Of a stretch of 64,000 bases of DNA, positions 51,798 to 64,000 are shown piece by piece (position 1 is the stretch's first letter; each line of letters starts with the position of its first letter). Below the pieces are notes generated by a model. It saw only the letters and a list, made by a program, of their open reading frames with translations. It was not told the DNA's origin and did no database searches. This DNA comes from Octopus bimaculoides (taxonomy: Eukaryota), in the NCBI RefSeq assembly GCF_001194135.2, contig NC_068999.1:82219-146218 (forward strand), written 5' to 3'. A program made the translations under genes and the position numbers.

Positions 51798-52539
51798 AGA
51801 GCGCATCACAATAGTGGCGTAAAAGACAAAATATATTTGCGCATTCATTCTAATGCTGTCAAGTGTAAAAATAGACCATCTTTCAGTTTAAATGTTCTGA
51901 CACGTCGACTTAGCTTTATTAAATTCTGTAAATTGATTTTTGGTGAATCAGCCACAAGAAAATTTTAAAATAGAATTTCAATTAGTGTAAGTTTTACAAT
52001 TTTAATTCGCAAAACATTTTCAACAAATATTCTAAACTTGTCCCCTACATGTAACTACAGTACCTAACGATAATTGCCTTTCGATCATTCACCCGAAATT
52101 ATGCTAGATTAAGTGAAAATTACTACAGTGTTTGATTTCATCAGCATATTCATACATACAAAAATTGGAGAAACTTTTTCCATTAGCACTTTTAACATAA
52201 ACTTGGTTTCTAAAAAGTGCAGGATCAAAAAATGTATAAAAAATTCAACGGTCATTTCTCAACGTATTACTCAAAATTTTCATGGCGGTTTTCATCGAAA
52301 GTTACGTAGAAATTGCTGCGTAACAAATAAACCTTTATTATATCAAGACATCCAAGGATTTAAGATAAGTCAGAGCATTTTAGACCCAGCTCAGAGTAAT
52401 TACTTAGAACTATGTAAGCCCAAACAGCTGGATCAAATAGCTGTAAATAGCAGACATAAATAGCATACTGATATGAATATCCAGTATGGTTGTAACAATA
52501 CAAATACCAATAAATAATATTTTTTCTGATTCGTTCATC

Positions 52540-52725
52540 CTATGATGCTGTGCCGTCACCTACGAATCTAGTTAGATGGAGCGTCTCAGAGAATGACATA
52601 TGCAAATGCGGAAAGGCCGGAACACTAAAACCTATTCTTTCCAACTGTTCCTTAGCATTGAACAGATATAAATGGAGACACAACCTGGTCCTGAAAGTTA
52701 TCTTCAATGCTATGAAGAACCAATG
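52540..52725 (+). mobile_element. Hero-type LINE zinc-knuckle fragment
   Basis: YDAVPSPTNLVRW...ICKCGKAGTLKPILSNCSLALNRYKWRHNLVL matches the YD.LPSP.NL..W...C..C...TL.HILS.C..AL..Y.WRH..VL pattern. Confidence 0.8.
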
Positions 52726-52924
52726 GTGTGTCAGCAAGACCCAAAGGTGTCAGGTAATGCTGAGTAAGTGCTATGGACAGACCATAGTTAAGCTCCAGGT
52801 TCGGTGATTATGCGAATAAAGAGTCCAACATTGGTCATATATCAGCGTGTGTATATACAAAAAATTATTTTTCAGGATGAGATAAAAACCAAGGCTGTGA
52901 AGATTTTAGAACATTTATAAATAG

Positions 52925-52972
52925 GTCTTACAGCTGCTTCCGAGATATTTATTGTATGTCTTCGTCGGAGAC
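52925..52972 (-). ncRNA. Degenerate hammerhead motif (family C)
   Basis: gtct CCGACGA agacatacaataaatatctcg GAAGC-AGCT-GTA agac; 4-bp stem I, A15.1G substitution. Confidence 0.5.
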
Positions 52973-53369
52973 GCTGGACTCCTTATCCGCATAATCACCG
53001 AACCTGGAGCTTAACTATGGCCTATCCATAGCACTTACTCAGTACTACCTGACGCCTTTGGGTCTTACTGACATCATTACCTCTCATAAACTCCGTTTCT
53101 CGCTATTATAAGCATTTATCTCAAGCAAAGCTTCAGTAATGGATAAACAATTCCTTGGCATTTCTCTTAAGGACACACCTATTCTTTCACAAAAGACTTT
53201 CCTCTTACTCCTCCTTACCAAAACTAAGGATCTCATCCGAATGAGATGGAAGGCTTTCTTCCACGACAATCAAAGAACGCAGAACTGACAATAATACCAA
53301 CAGCTACAACCTCAAATCATATAAGTATCTTATCTAAATTAACTATTACTTAACCATTTTCTCACACCA

Positions 53370-53415
53370 TCTCCGATGAAGGGATATAATAAATTGCCTG
53401 AAAACAGCTGTAAGA
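53370..53415 (+). ncRNA. Hammerhead motif (family C), slightly degenerate
   Basis: tct CCGATGA agg-gatataataaattg-cct GAAAAC-AGCT-GTA aga (one extra A). Confidence 0.55.
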
Positions 53416-53993
53416 CCTTCTATTTATAAATGTTGTAAAATCTTCACAGCATTGGTTTTTTTATCTCATTCTGAAAAAAAAAAATTGCACACACACACAC
53501 ACACATATATATAGAGAGATGTATGTATGTATGCATGTATGTATGCATGTTTGTGTGAGTTTATTTGTATCTATCTCCGTGTGTGTATACCTATACGTTA
53601 TTTCGCAATCCCATAATCTGTTAACTCCAGACTGTTCAGTCTAAATATTATAACACGAAGACCCATTAACATCGTAATTCTTATTATGACGTCATTATTG
53701 GTTCACTAGTTTCCTTATTATTCTTCAGGGAGAAACGTATTGAAAACAACTGGTTATGGTATTGTATAAGAAAAGTATTATAGTCTGTAGGACACCATAC
53801 GGGAGAGACTAGTCTTATCAGTGAATAGTGAAATTAAAGAGAAGATATAACGTACACACACACACGTACACACACGTACACACACGTACACAATAACACG
53901 TACACACACACACACACACATGTGTGTGTGTGTGAAGATATATATATATATATAATACAAACACATATGTATATATGTATGTGTGTCTATATT

Positions 53994-54074
<81 letters not shown>

Positions 54075-54100
54075 TACCTCTAAAATTTACAGTACCTATG

Positions 54101-54132
<32 letters not shown>

Positions 54133-54590
54133 AGTACGTATTTGAAAATCTGTATCGACGCATTCACAGAAATACATACTCAGGCATAATGGCGCGGATG
54201 CACACACGCACGCACACATGTCTTACGTACATATTTACACACACACGCACATGCACACACACACACACACGCACACGATATCTCGGGTTTCGTTGACGCA
54301 GAAGAACATACAAATTAACCTAAATTTTCCCTCGTTCACTCTAAAAATTGTCTACGTATGTATGTATATATGCATATATGTATGCATGTATGTGTGTGTA
54401 TCTATATCCATTTATCTCTCTCTCTCTATATATATCTTTATATATATATCAATCTGACATTTCACTTCATATATTATTTATAATATATATTCGAGTGTGT
54501 GAGTGTGTGTGTGTGTATACATACATACATACGCACATGTGCATATATATCTATGCTAAAAGTGTGTGTGTGAACATATATATATGTTAG

Positions 54591-54908
54591 GCGCAGGAGT
54601 GTCCGTGTGGTAAGTAGCTTGCTTACCAACCGTATGGTTCCGGGCTCAGTCCCACTGCGTGGCACCTTCGGCAAGTGTCTTCTTTAGCCTCGGGTCTCGG
54701 GCCTTGTGAGTGCATTTGGTAGACGGAAACTGAAAGAAGCCCGTCGTATATATGAGTGTGTGTACATGTTTGTGTCTTGACAACCGATGCTGGTGTGTTT
54801 ACGTCCCCGTAACTTAGCGGTTCATCAAAGAGACCGATAGAATAAGTACTAGGCTTACAAAGAATAAGTTCTGAGTCGATCTGCCCGACTAAAGGCGGTG
54901 CTCCAGCA
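54591..54908 (+). mobile_element. SINE family B, near full length
   Basis: Close match to 18343-18690. Confidence 0.9.
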
Positions 54909-55218
54909 AAAGAATCATTTGATATTCTAATGGACGAGCAACCAGCATTTGGCAGCTATGAACGACGACAGCTCGCTATTAAAAGCTGGTGAAGCACACC
55001 GTCACAGAAACGTACGCCGACTGCAGAAGGCATGCGGTTCTGCGTCGTTGTGATATTAGCTCCTGTTCTATTAGCGTTTACACTCATCTGTTTTATAAAG
55101 AGAACTTCTTCTCTTGAAACAATTTGGGGAGCGTATTGTCTTTGCATGTCCGAGTGTAGAGCAACGTGTGACATATGATTATACACAACCATGTTTCATT
55201 CAACGCAGTTTTGTTCAC

Positions 55219-55253
<35 letters not shown>

Positions 55254-55682
55254 ATAAGAATATATAATATATATTTGATCACTAAATCCACAATTCTTTT
55301 CTCTCGTTTCTTGCCTAGTGTTCCTTTCTGTTGAAGAGCGTAGGCTAGACACGCAAAAGACTTTCTCACTTTCTCGAGCGTCGAAATAATACATCTGCTT
55401 GTTGTTTATGCACCTTTCAACTATCTATATACATACACACAGGCATACATACACCCATACGCACATATGTATATAGAATGTGCGTGTATATATGTATATA
55501 AATATATACATATATATATAAATATATACATATATATACATATATATATACATACACATATACACACACACACATATATATGCATAGCACACAAAAAAAT
55601 GTACACACTGTATGAATTAAATTTACATTGTTCTCTATAATAAAGGTATTGAAATTTTAACGTGTACATACATATATGCTGA

Positions 55683-55720
<38 letters not shown>

Positions 55721-56454
55721 AATGCACGTCTTGTGTGTAAGCATCTATTTGTATACATGTATGTACGAGATACATTTATAATAAAATCCTAGCATAACAC
55801 TGACGAATACAGCATGTTAAAAATGGAAAATAGAAGATTTCGCTGAGATGGTGAGATAACCTCCATTTTAAATCGTTGTCAACAGTCATAAAAATTATGA
55901 AGAAGCAATAAGCCTCTCGTAAAATGAAACATTCAAACTGATTCCAGTGATAATACCGAATTACGTTTAATCTAGATGTAAAGATTAAATCATTAGAGAA
56001 GTAGTAGTCGCACAATGCTTATGTATATATATATATATATATACCCATATATATATATGTTTATAGACATATAAACAGGGAGATAAGTGTGTGTGTGTGC
56101 GTGCGTGTGTGTGTGCGTGCGTGAGTGTGTAAAGTTCATATTATTTGGCTCAACTTCAATGGTTTGTTTTGCCAGTAACATATTTAGCGTCCAAATATTA
56201 TACATTCGCGCATATATTCATAAACACAGACTTATACTCTTGTATATACACACTTTTTCTTACATATACCCTCTTTTCTCTGTCTGTTTCTCTCTCTATC
56301 TCTCTCTCTGCCTCCCTCTCTCTCTCTCTCTCTCTCGCTACATACACACACACGCACCCATGGATCTGCAGATATATGTGCGTATGTACTGCCTATTCAT
56401 ATAATGGATGTTATTATGTGTGTGCACGCGCGTTTGTGTGTGTATGTGTGTTTG

Positions 56455-56540
56455 TTTGTTTAAGCCCGTTGTGGCCAAAGCCTTGCAAGTGAATTTGGTT
56501 GGCAGAAACTGTGCGGATGCTCATCGTATATATATATATT
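56455..56540 (+). mobile_element. SINE family B-related fragment
   Basis: ccaaagccttgcaagtgaatttggttggcagaaactg...catcgtatata. Confidence 0.55.
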
Positions 56541-56854
56541 TCGTTTTGGGATTTGGTTTGCAGGATTCTTTATGTGAGTTCGAGTGTTGAAGTATATTCT
56601 GTTGTGGCTGGGGAGAATCATTCTCTTTTGGTGCTTTATAATTTAACAGACTCACCGGTAAAATTTCCACTTATTTCTTTTTTAAATTTTTCTGGAGGAT
56701 TGTTTTTTGTCGTCATATTGTCTCAAATGTTCATTTAGTCGTTCCGCAATTCTCCTATATGTCTCCCATATGTATGTCATGTTCATGTCTTTTCAAGCAC
56801 CTTCTATGCATCTTATGCAGTAAACTACATTTCTAGTTCTACAGTTAATGCCAG

Positions 56855-56965
56855 GGCTAATCCTACAAAAGTATCGCGGGCAGTTAGGAACCCAGAGGAC
56901 ATCATAAAACTGCAGAAAGACCTGAACGAAATCTATAAATGGGCTAAAAAAAAATAACATGCAGT
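56855..56965 (+). mobile_element. CR1/L2-group RT fragment, same family as 23365-23640
   Basis: acaaaagtatcgcgggcagttaggaacccagaggacatcataaaactg = TKVSRAVRNPEDIIKLQKDLNEIYKWAK; near-identical DNA to 23537-23582. Confidence 0.85.
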
Positions 56966-57848
56966 GGAACTGGGGAGGTAGAGCTTACATGCATGTGCCA
57001 ATAAAGGACTTCCGTAAAAAATCGAAACCTAGGCTTTCTCCTTGGAGAAGAAACTTGACCTTTAGTAAGCTGGATACTTTTTCGAGAAATTACATACGGT
57101 AGAACATTACCCACAGCACAGATGTGTCTGTCTGTCTGTCTGATTTTCTTTCTCCCTCGCCTAACTATATCTCATCTCTCTCTGTTATTCATTGACGTAG
57201 TGCAAGAAAAGATTCATTTCTGTACAACGAGTTTCAATGCTGAAGTACTTTTAGATTTTTGACTGCAGATCTGTCGTCTTTCACTGAGCATAAATTTGTG
57301 TCTCTTCTACAATGGTTGCTATTAACTATGACTTTAATCGTATAACTATGATTGATTATGTGATACACAGTGATTCTCAGTAATATGTTATACTGCCATT
57401 CTAGAACTGTCTGTTTCTATTTTGTATTTGCGTTCCTGCTGTCTCTTTTGGTTGCAACCACTCAATATAACACATAGCTATATGATGAATATGCGTGCAT
57501 ATATGAAGACGTGTGTATACACTCACTCACAAGCGTACTTAAGTGTGTATATGCATATAAGGGTGTGTATTTACATATAAAATTGTGTTTGCCTATCTCT
57601 CTCTCTCTCTCTATGTATGTATATATGTGTATATATACCTATATATGTGTGTATGTGTGTGTGTGTGTGTGTGAGTATGCGTATATACACATGCATAAAT
57701 ATTTGAGAGTCCCATATATATATACATATGTGTATGTATGCATGTATATATAATTTATATCTGTGTGTGTGAATGTGAGTGTATGCGTGCGTGTGAGTAT
57801 TTGATGATGTGCATACGTATTTTACTTAAATGTAAATATCAACACAGA

Positions 57849-57883
<35 letters not shown>

Positions 57884-58995
57884 GCAAAAACAAACAAAAC
57901 ATACACACTCGAAACTATTTCAAGGCAATTTAAGAGAGTCACGTCAGTCGCCACCATAAAAGACAATTCACGAAAAAATGATGGTTTTAGTTCCACTACA
58001 AACTCATCACAAATTGCCTGCATGCCATCAATCAAGCGATTAGTTTGTCCTGGCAAGTGCAGGTTATCACATAAAAAACACACGTCTTCCTTCTGTAAGG
58101 TCGAGCTACATTTGCAGAGCCATCACAGACGCCATTGAAGACTCCAGGAGTTCCCACCAAACCCGAGATAAAAAAAATATTTAATAATAATGATGATGAT
58201 GATGATGATGATGATGAGGATGATGATGTTAATGGTTCCTGATATCAATAATATATCAAAACCATCAGTCAAACGTTGAAATATCATTTCAAACGAATAT
58301 TTCTATATCTCTATAGTGATACAAGAGATTTACTATTACGTTCGGGTTAAAAACTGTAATTAAATAAACTTTTGAAAAAAAGTTTATTTCTTTTATTTTA
58401 TCTTATATTTTTGGGGAAAAACAATATAGAACCGACACGAGAAAAGCATAAATGTATTGATTGATAAAACAAATCGCCACTCACTTGGCGTGCGCTGTTA
58501 GACATTTCTGACAAAATAAACATTTCATTATCTTTATTTTTTCCTGACATGATTTTTTAATTTAATTTAATGGAACAACGAGAAAAGGAAATTGAAGGAG
58601 ATGATATGATTGGTTATCAGCACATATATATATCGTGAGGTATCATTGGTAACTGCTTTCAAAATAGAGTTGTTGTAGCTGAGCATTAGAAATCATGAAA
58701 ACATCACACACACACTCGCACGCAAACACACACACATATATGTATATATGTATGCATATATGCACACTCACATATATATATGTATATATGTGTGTGTGTG
58801 TATCTATATTTATAATTGTGTATATGTATGAGTGTAGATATAGATATGCATAGACACAAAAGTACACACACATACATACAAATATACACACTCAAAAATT
58901 TACACTGTCTCGCACAATCATACCCACACATGTTACGATAAAGAGAGAAGGGAAGAGATAGATAGATAGCGATAGAGAGAGACGGGTGATATATA

Positions 58996-59091
<96 letters not shown>

Positions 59092-60489
59092 TAGATAGAT
59101 ATATATCAAAGAGAGAGGGAGAGAGGGAGAGAGAGAGAGAGAGAGTTGCCAATAGACAGTGTTGGCTTGTTGGCTATATTGCTCACTTAAACATTTTTTT
59201 TTTTGTCTTTCAAGTCGACTTTCGCACCACTGTATCTTGTCAAGCTAATGATTTTTCGCTATTTCAAACCTGTTTTATATATAACGAATGGGTAAAGCAG
59301 AAGCAACATGGTTAACGCTTGTTAGTAAGGGAATTAAATCCTTGATTTTATCCAGGAACTTTTACGCAAGTATTTGGTTAAAAGTGACCCAAGAGACATC
59401 GTCGACTCTGGCGGTAATTAGAAATTAAATCGAATTCACTGTTTAGTTAATTTAGGTTATGTAGTTTCTCGGACAAGCAGAGCATAAAAGGTCGTAATCA
59501 ATTTGAATATGATAGGACTAACTCCAATGCTTCACGCTATAGTAAGATAGTTATATCCTTTAGAAGTGGAGGATACTCTTTCTATGGATGTAAATAACCT
59601 ATTTTGTTTAGTATATACGTTGATGTCATTTTCAGCAAGTCGCACCATCATATAGTGAATGCAACTCTATATAACTTGGAGAGTTATGCAAATATCAGTA
59701 AATATAAAGTCTACATTGAATACTCTTTTGTTTCATCTGTACTGATTGACATACACATAATCGCTGACAAAAACAAATACACACAGACATACACGTATAT
59801 ATTCGTCCATACATACATGCATGCATATATACACACGCACGCACACACACAAGCACACATACGCATACACACACATGCATACCAGATGTATGCTGTTACT
59901 ATGCACCCTATGAAGGGATGAGTATCTCAACATTTTTTATCTCTCAAATTGCAACCCGACACATAGCGTAACAACATCATTAATCGACTAACATAGTAAT
60001 TTATGGTTAGTCACACCAGTCACGTCATTCACATCATATGGACTTTAATCTTCCCCTTTTGGGTATTTGAATCGATAAGCTCTCCACAATCTTGTAGTTA
60101 AAACATCGATGTTATGTTTCCTCGCAATTCCTAGACAGATTATCGAAATATTAAATGATTTTAACTCGAATTTTTCAAATCTATTGAAAACAAAAAAACA
60201 AAAAAAAAACGTGGTAAATAGAATCGACTGTGTAGCGATTTCTTTTCTTTTTCTTTTCTTAACACAATGCAAAATGGCTGTACTGATTAAGAACTTGATC
60301 TCCATCCAGCTCGAAAGTTTGAGTTTCCGCTTCCGGTGGGCACTTAAACTACTTTCAAATATTTCCTCCTGTAAGCATTCAAAAGCATACAAAACAAACA
60401 CAACAACAACAACACAAATTGCATAAAACTTAAGTTCGCAGAATCCTTATTGATTGCGCCATACACTATCGATAATTGTAATCTTTTTG

Positions 60490-60536
<47 letters not shown>

Positions 60537-62974
60537 CATCATCATTGTCATTATTGTTATTATCAACCTTGCTTTTCTTTTTTGCTTTTGTATCTCCATT
60601 TTGGTTCGATAAGCTAAATATATTTCTTTTCCAATTTCTAACTGGAGCTGATACAGTACTAGTGGAAACAAGAGTAAAGAAATTTATTAAATAGCAACAA
60701 CAACGGCAAAAACCACCACAACAACAATGATAATAATCGTAATAAAAGTTATAACAACAAAAATGATAATAATAGTAATAAAATTAAAAACTTTATACAA
60801 TGCCTCTAAAAAATCTAGTTATTTACATTTTCTTCAAATGAAATTCACAACGCATATATTCTATGAAGAAGGAAAATCTTCGAGTTTTTCTAGTTTTTAA
60901 ATTCTTTTGGAAATTTTTTTATGGATATGGTTAATATGGAATCATTTGATTTTGTTTTTTCCAATAATAAAAGTCTTTGCAGGATTTATTGGCAGAACAA
61001 TCGTTCTGCGATTAGGAAACTTATGTAAAATTATAACACTCACACATATGTAAACACACACACACACCGGCGCCCGCGCTCATACACATGCTTGTAAATA
61101 AACGTAACCATACGTATATCTGCTTACACATATATATATATATATATATATATGGTAAATGCATACATGTATATATATACATACAAGGCATATGCATAAT
61201 ACATATATGTAAATATATATGTGTATATATATGTAAATATATATGTATATATATATGTAAATATATATGTATATATAAATATATATGTATATATATATAT
61301 ATATATATGTAAATATATGTATATATACATATATGTAAATATATATGCATATATAACACATATATACATAAATATATGTTATATATACATATGTAAATAC
61401 ATATGTAAATATATATATATATATATGTAAATATATATGTGTATATATATGTATATGTAAATATATATGTATATGTAAATATATATGTGTATATATATAT
61501 ATATAAATAAATATATATATATATATATGTATGTATATATATATATATGAAAATATATATATGAATATAAATATGTATATATATATATNNNNNNNNNNNN
61601 NNNNNNNNNNNNNNNNNNNNNNNNNNNNNNNNNNNNNNNNNNNNNNNNNNNNNNNNNNNNNNNNNNNNNNNNNNNNNNNNNNNNNNNNNNNNNNNNNNNN
61701 NNNNNNNNNNNNNNNNNNNNNNNNNNNNNNNNNNNNNNNNNNNNNNNNNNNNNNNNNNNNNNNNNNNNNNNNNNNNNNNNNNNNNNNNNNNNNNNNNNNN
61801 NNNNNNNNNNNNNNNNNNNNNNNNNNNNNNNNNNNNNNNNNNNNNNNNNNNNNNNNNNNNNNNNNNNNNNNNNNNNNNNNNNNNNNNNNNNNNNNNNNNN
61901 NNNNNNNNNNNNNNNNNNNNNNNNNNNNNNNNNNNNNNNNNNNNNNNNNNNNNNNNNNNNNNNNNNNNNNNNNNNNNNNNNNNNNNNNNNNNNNNNNNNN
62001 NNNNNNNNNNNNNNNNNNNNNNNNNNNNNNNNNNNNNNNNNNNNNNNNNNNNNNNNNNNNNNNNNNNNNNNNNNNNNNNNNNNNNNNNNNNNNNNNNNNN
62101 NNNNNNNNNNNNNNNNNNNNNNNNNNNTATATATATATATATATATATATATGTGCATCTATATATAGGAATTTTCCATTTATTCAAGTTGTCTGGAAGC
62201 TTGGAAATCATTTGAGATTGCAATAAAATTTATTTCGGAACTTATTTTCTAAATTTAAAAAGAAAAGAAATGAAGTCGCAACAAACAGTAGCAGCAACAG
62301 CAATAGCAACAATAATAATGACGATATTAATAATAGTAAAATAATAATAATGATAAGAAAATCAACAACAACATTGATAATAATAACCGAGCAGTAGCTA
62401 TATTGCAATGATCATAGTTGTTATTTTCGATCGTCAGACTCGATGTGGACAGTTAATGCCATCTTGTGGCGGAGTAAGTGGAAGGAAGGGGAAGAATATG
62501 TGCAGACTTGGATTGGAGAGGTGGGAGTTGAAGAGAGGGGGAGAAATCGTAGAAGGAATATTGAGGAGATGGTTAAAAACACACACACACACACACAAGC
62601 TAATAAAAAAAATTATTCATGAATAAATGATATCAGATGGGCAGTAGCTATAGAGTACCAGACAAAATACTTTGTAGTGTTTCTCTGGGATCCTTCATTG
62701 TCTGGGCTCAACTCTCATCATGGTCTATTCGTGTTTGAACTTTGAATATGTCTGTTTCATAGCGATCGGAAACCTCGGAAGTGGTAAATATCCAAGCGAG
62801 GTGTATACTCTTCGGGCTAAGGATGTCTTGAATAAATGAAAGTTGACACATGGAAGAACTTGTTTCAGTTTATCGTACTTCGACACGAAAAGATCCACAA
62901 TCTTCCGTCCCAATAAACCACTATTGACCCTGAAAGTTGTTTCTTATATTTATGTGTGTGTCTGTGGCGTTGTA

Positions 62975-63195
62975 TGTGTGTGTGTGGCGGGGTGTCTGCC
63001 CTCCACCATCGTTTGACATCCGATGTAGGTTTATCTTCATCCTCTTTACCTAGCGGTTCGGCACCAAGGACCATCAGAATAGGTACCAGACTAAAAAACA
63101 ATAATCATTTGGGCCATTTTGTCGACTAAAATACCATCCAGTAGAATTTCCCTGAATGGTCGCTGTCCAATGACTACAACAAGTAAAAGATGGAA
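62975..63195 (+). mobile_element. SINE family B, 3' half
   Basis: ccaccatcgtttgacatccgatg...ctagcggttcggca...gaataggtaccag...ctgtccaatgactacaacaagtaaaaga. Confidence 0.75.
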
Positions 63196-63510
63196 AATCT
63201 AATGTCTTACAAACAGTAATTTATCAACATGTGGTTCGAACCTTCGACACCTAATGTTTCGTGTGTCGTTAACGAGAATAACTTATCCATACGGCTCTTT
63301 ATGATCTTCGGTACCAGCCACGTGAGGAATTTATTGTTATACTTATTATTTTTAACTATTTTGTCTGTCAATTATAGAATTATCAATTAAAGTTGATGTC
63401 AAGTACAATCAGTTGACAACAAGAACAAGAGATCGAACTGTCAGTAAGTAATTTCCGAAAAATGAGATTAACATGTCCGTGGGTCATTTTTCGCAGAGTT
63501 AACCGAATTG

Positions 63511-63542
<32 letters not shown>

Positions 63543-63567
63543 GAGAGAGAGAGAGAGAGAGAGAGAA

Positions 63568-63629
<62 letters not shown>

Positions 63630-63884
63630 TGAGAAATGGTCTTTTTCCGAACAAAGACAAACAAGTATAAAAGGAGGAGGAAAAAGAAAAACTTATTTCC
63701 GATTACCAAACATCAAAACCAATAGCAAATTAGGCAGAAAAAGGCAAGAAAGACAAAAATATAATTATTAAAAAAAGGAAGGCAGAAAAGAAAAAAGAAA
63801 CAATCACAAAATGTGTTTTGTGTGTGTGTGCGTGTGTGTGTGTGTGTGTGTGTTGTGTGTATTGTGTGTATGCGTGTGTGTATG

Positions 63885-63915
<31 letters not shown>

Positions 63916-64000
63916 TTATATGTACATATTTATGTATGTGCACATGTATTCATATGAATACGTACGTAAATCTATATATATATATATGACTATATATATA

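Larger units (their letters stand above)
52730..53490. mobile_element. Rearranged Penelope-like element: inverted 5' segment, two opposed pLTR-like units and an ORF N-terminal stub
   Basis: 52730-52827 is inverted at 52975-53072, and 52865-52972 is inverted at 53370-53485. 53139-53288 encodes MDKQFLGISLKDTPILSQKTFLLLLLTKTKDLIRMRWKAFF, resembling (from memory) the SLKNIP...IKRMRWKAFF N-terminus of invertebrate PLE ORFs. Confidence 0.7.

Noticed and set aside
55325-55365. TTGAAGAgcgtaggctagacacgc as a PLE-end hammerhead
   Set aside because: Both core strands are altered and there is no stem I.

Overview
AT-rich, microsatellite-saturated animal genomic DNA with 13 N-gaps, most likely an octopus (coleoid cephalopod) scaffold. 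This is inferred from the tRNA-derived SINE families and the repeat landscape, not from a database match. I found no supportable host protein-coding gene, rRNA, tRNA gene or CRISPR array; nearly all long ORFs in the track are microsatellite or N-run artefacts. The window holds mobile-element relics: two abundant tRNA-derived SINE families, R4/Dong, Hero-type, CR1/L2-type and RTE LINE fragments, Penelope-like elements (PLE), two internally deleted mariners and a DD37D/maT fragment. The most interesting signal is six minimal type-I hammerhead-ribozyme-like motifs from two families, all with palindromic stem III. They lie at 1278-1319(-), 1577-1619(+), 22218-22307(-), 32296-32341(-), 52925-52972(-) and 53370-53415(+), and four of them sit in inverted-repeat structures (one demonstrably Penelope-derived). 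Other points of interest are a Dong-like LINE embedded in a (TAA)n target, a LINE/SINE shared 3' tail, two long hairpins near 39 kb and a higher-order minisatellite.
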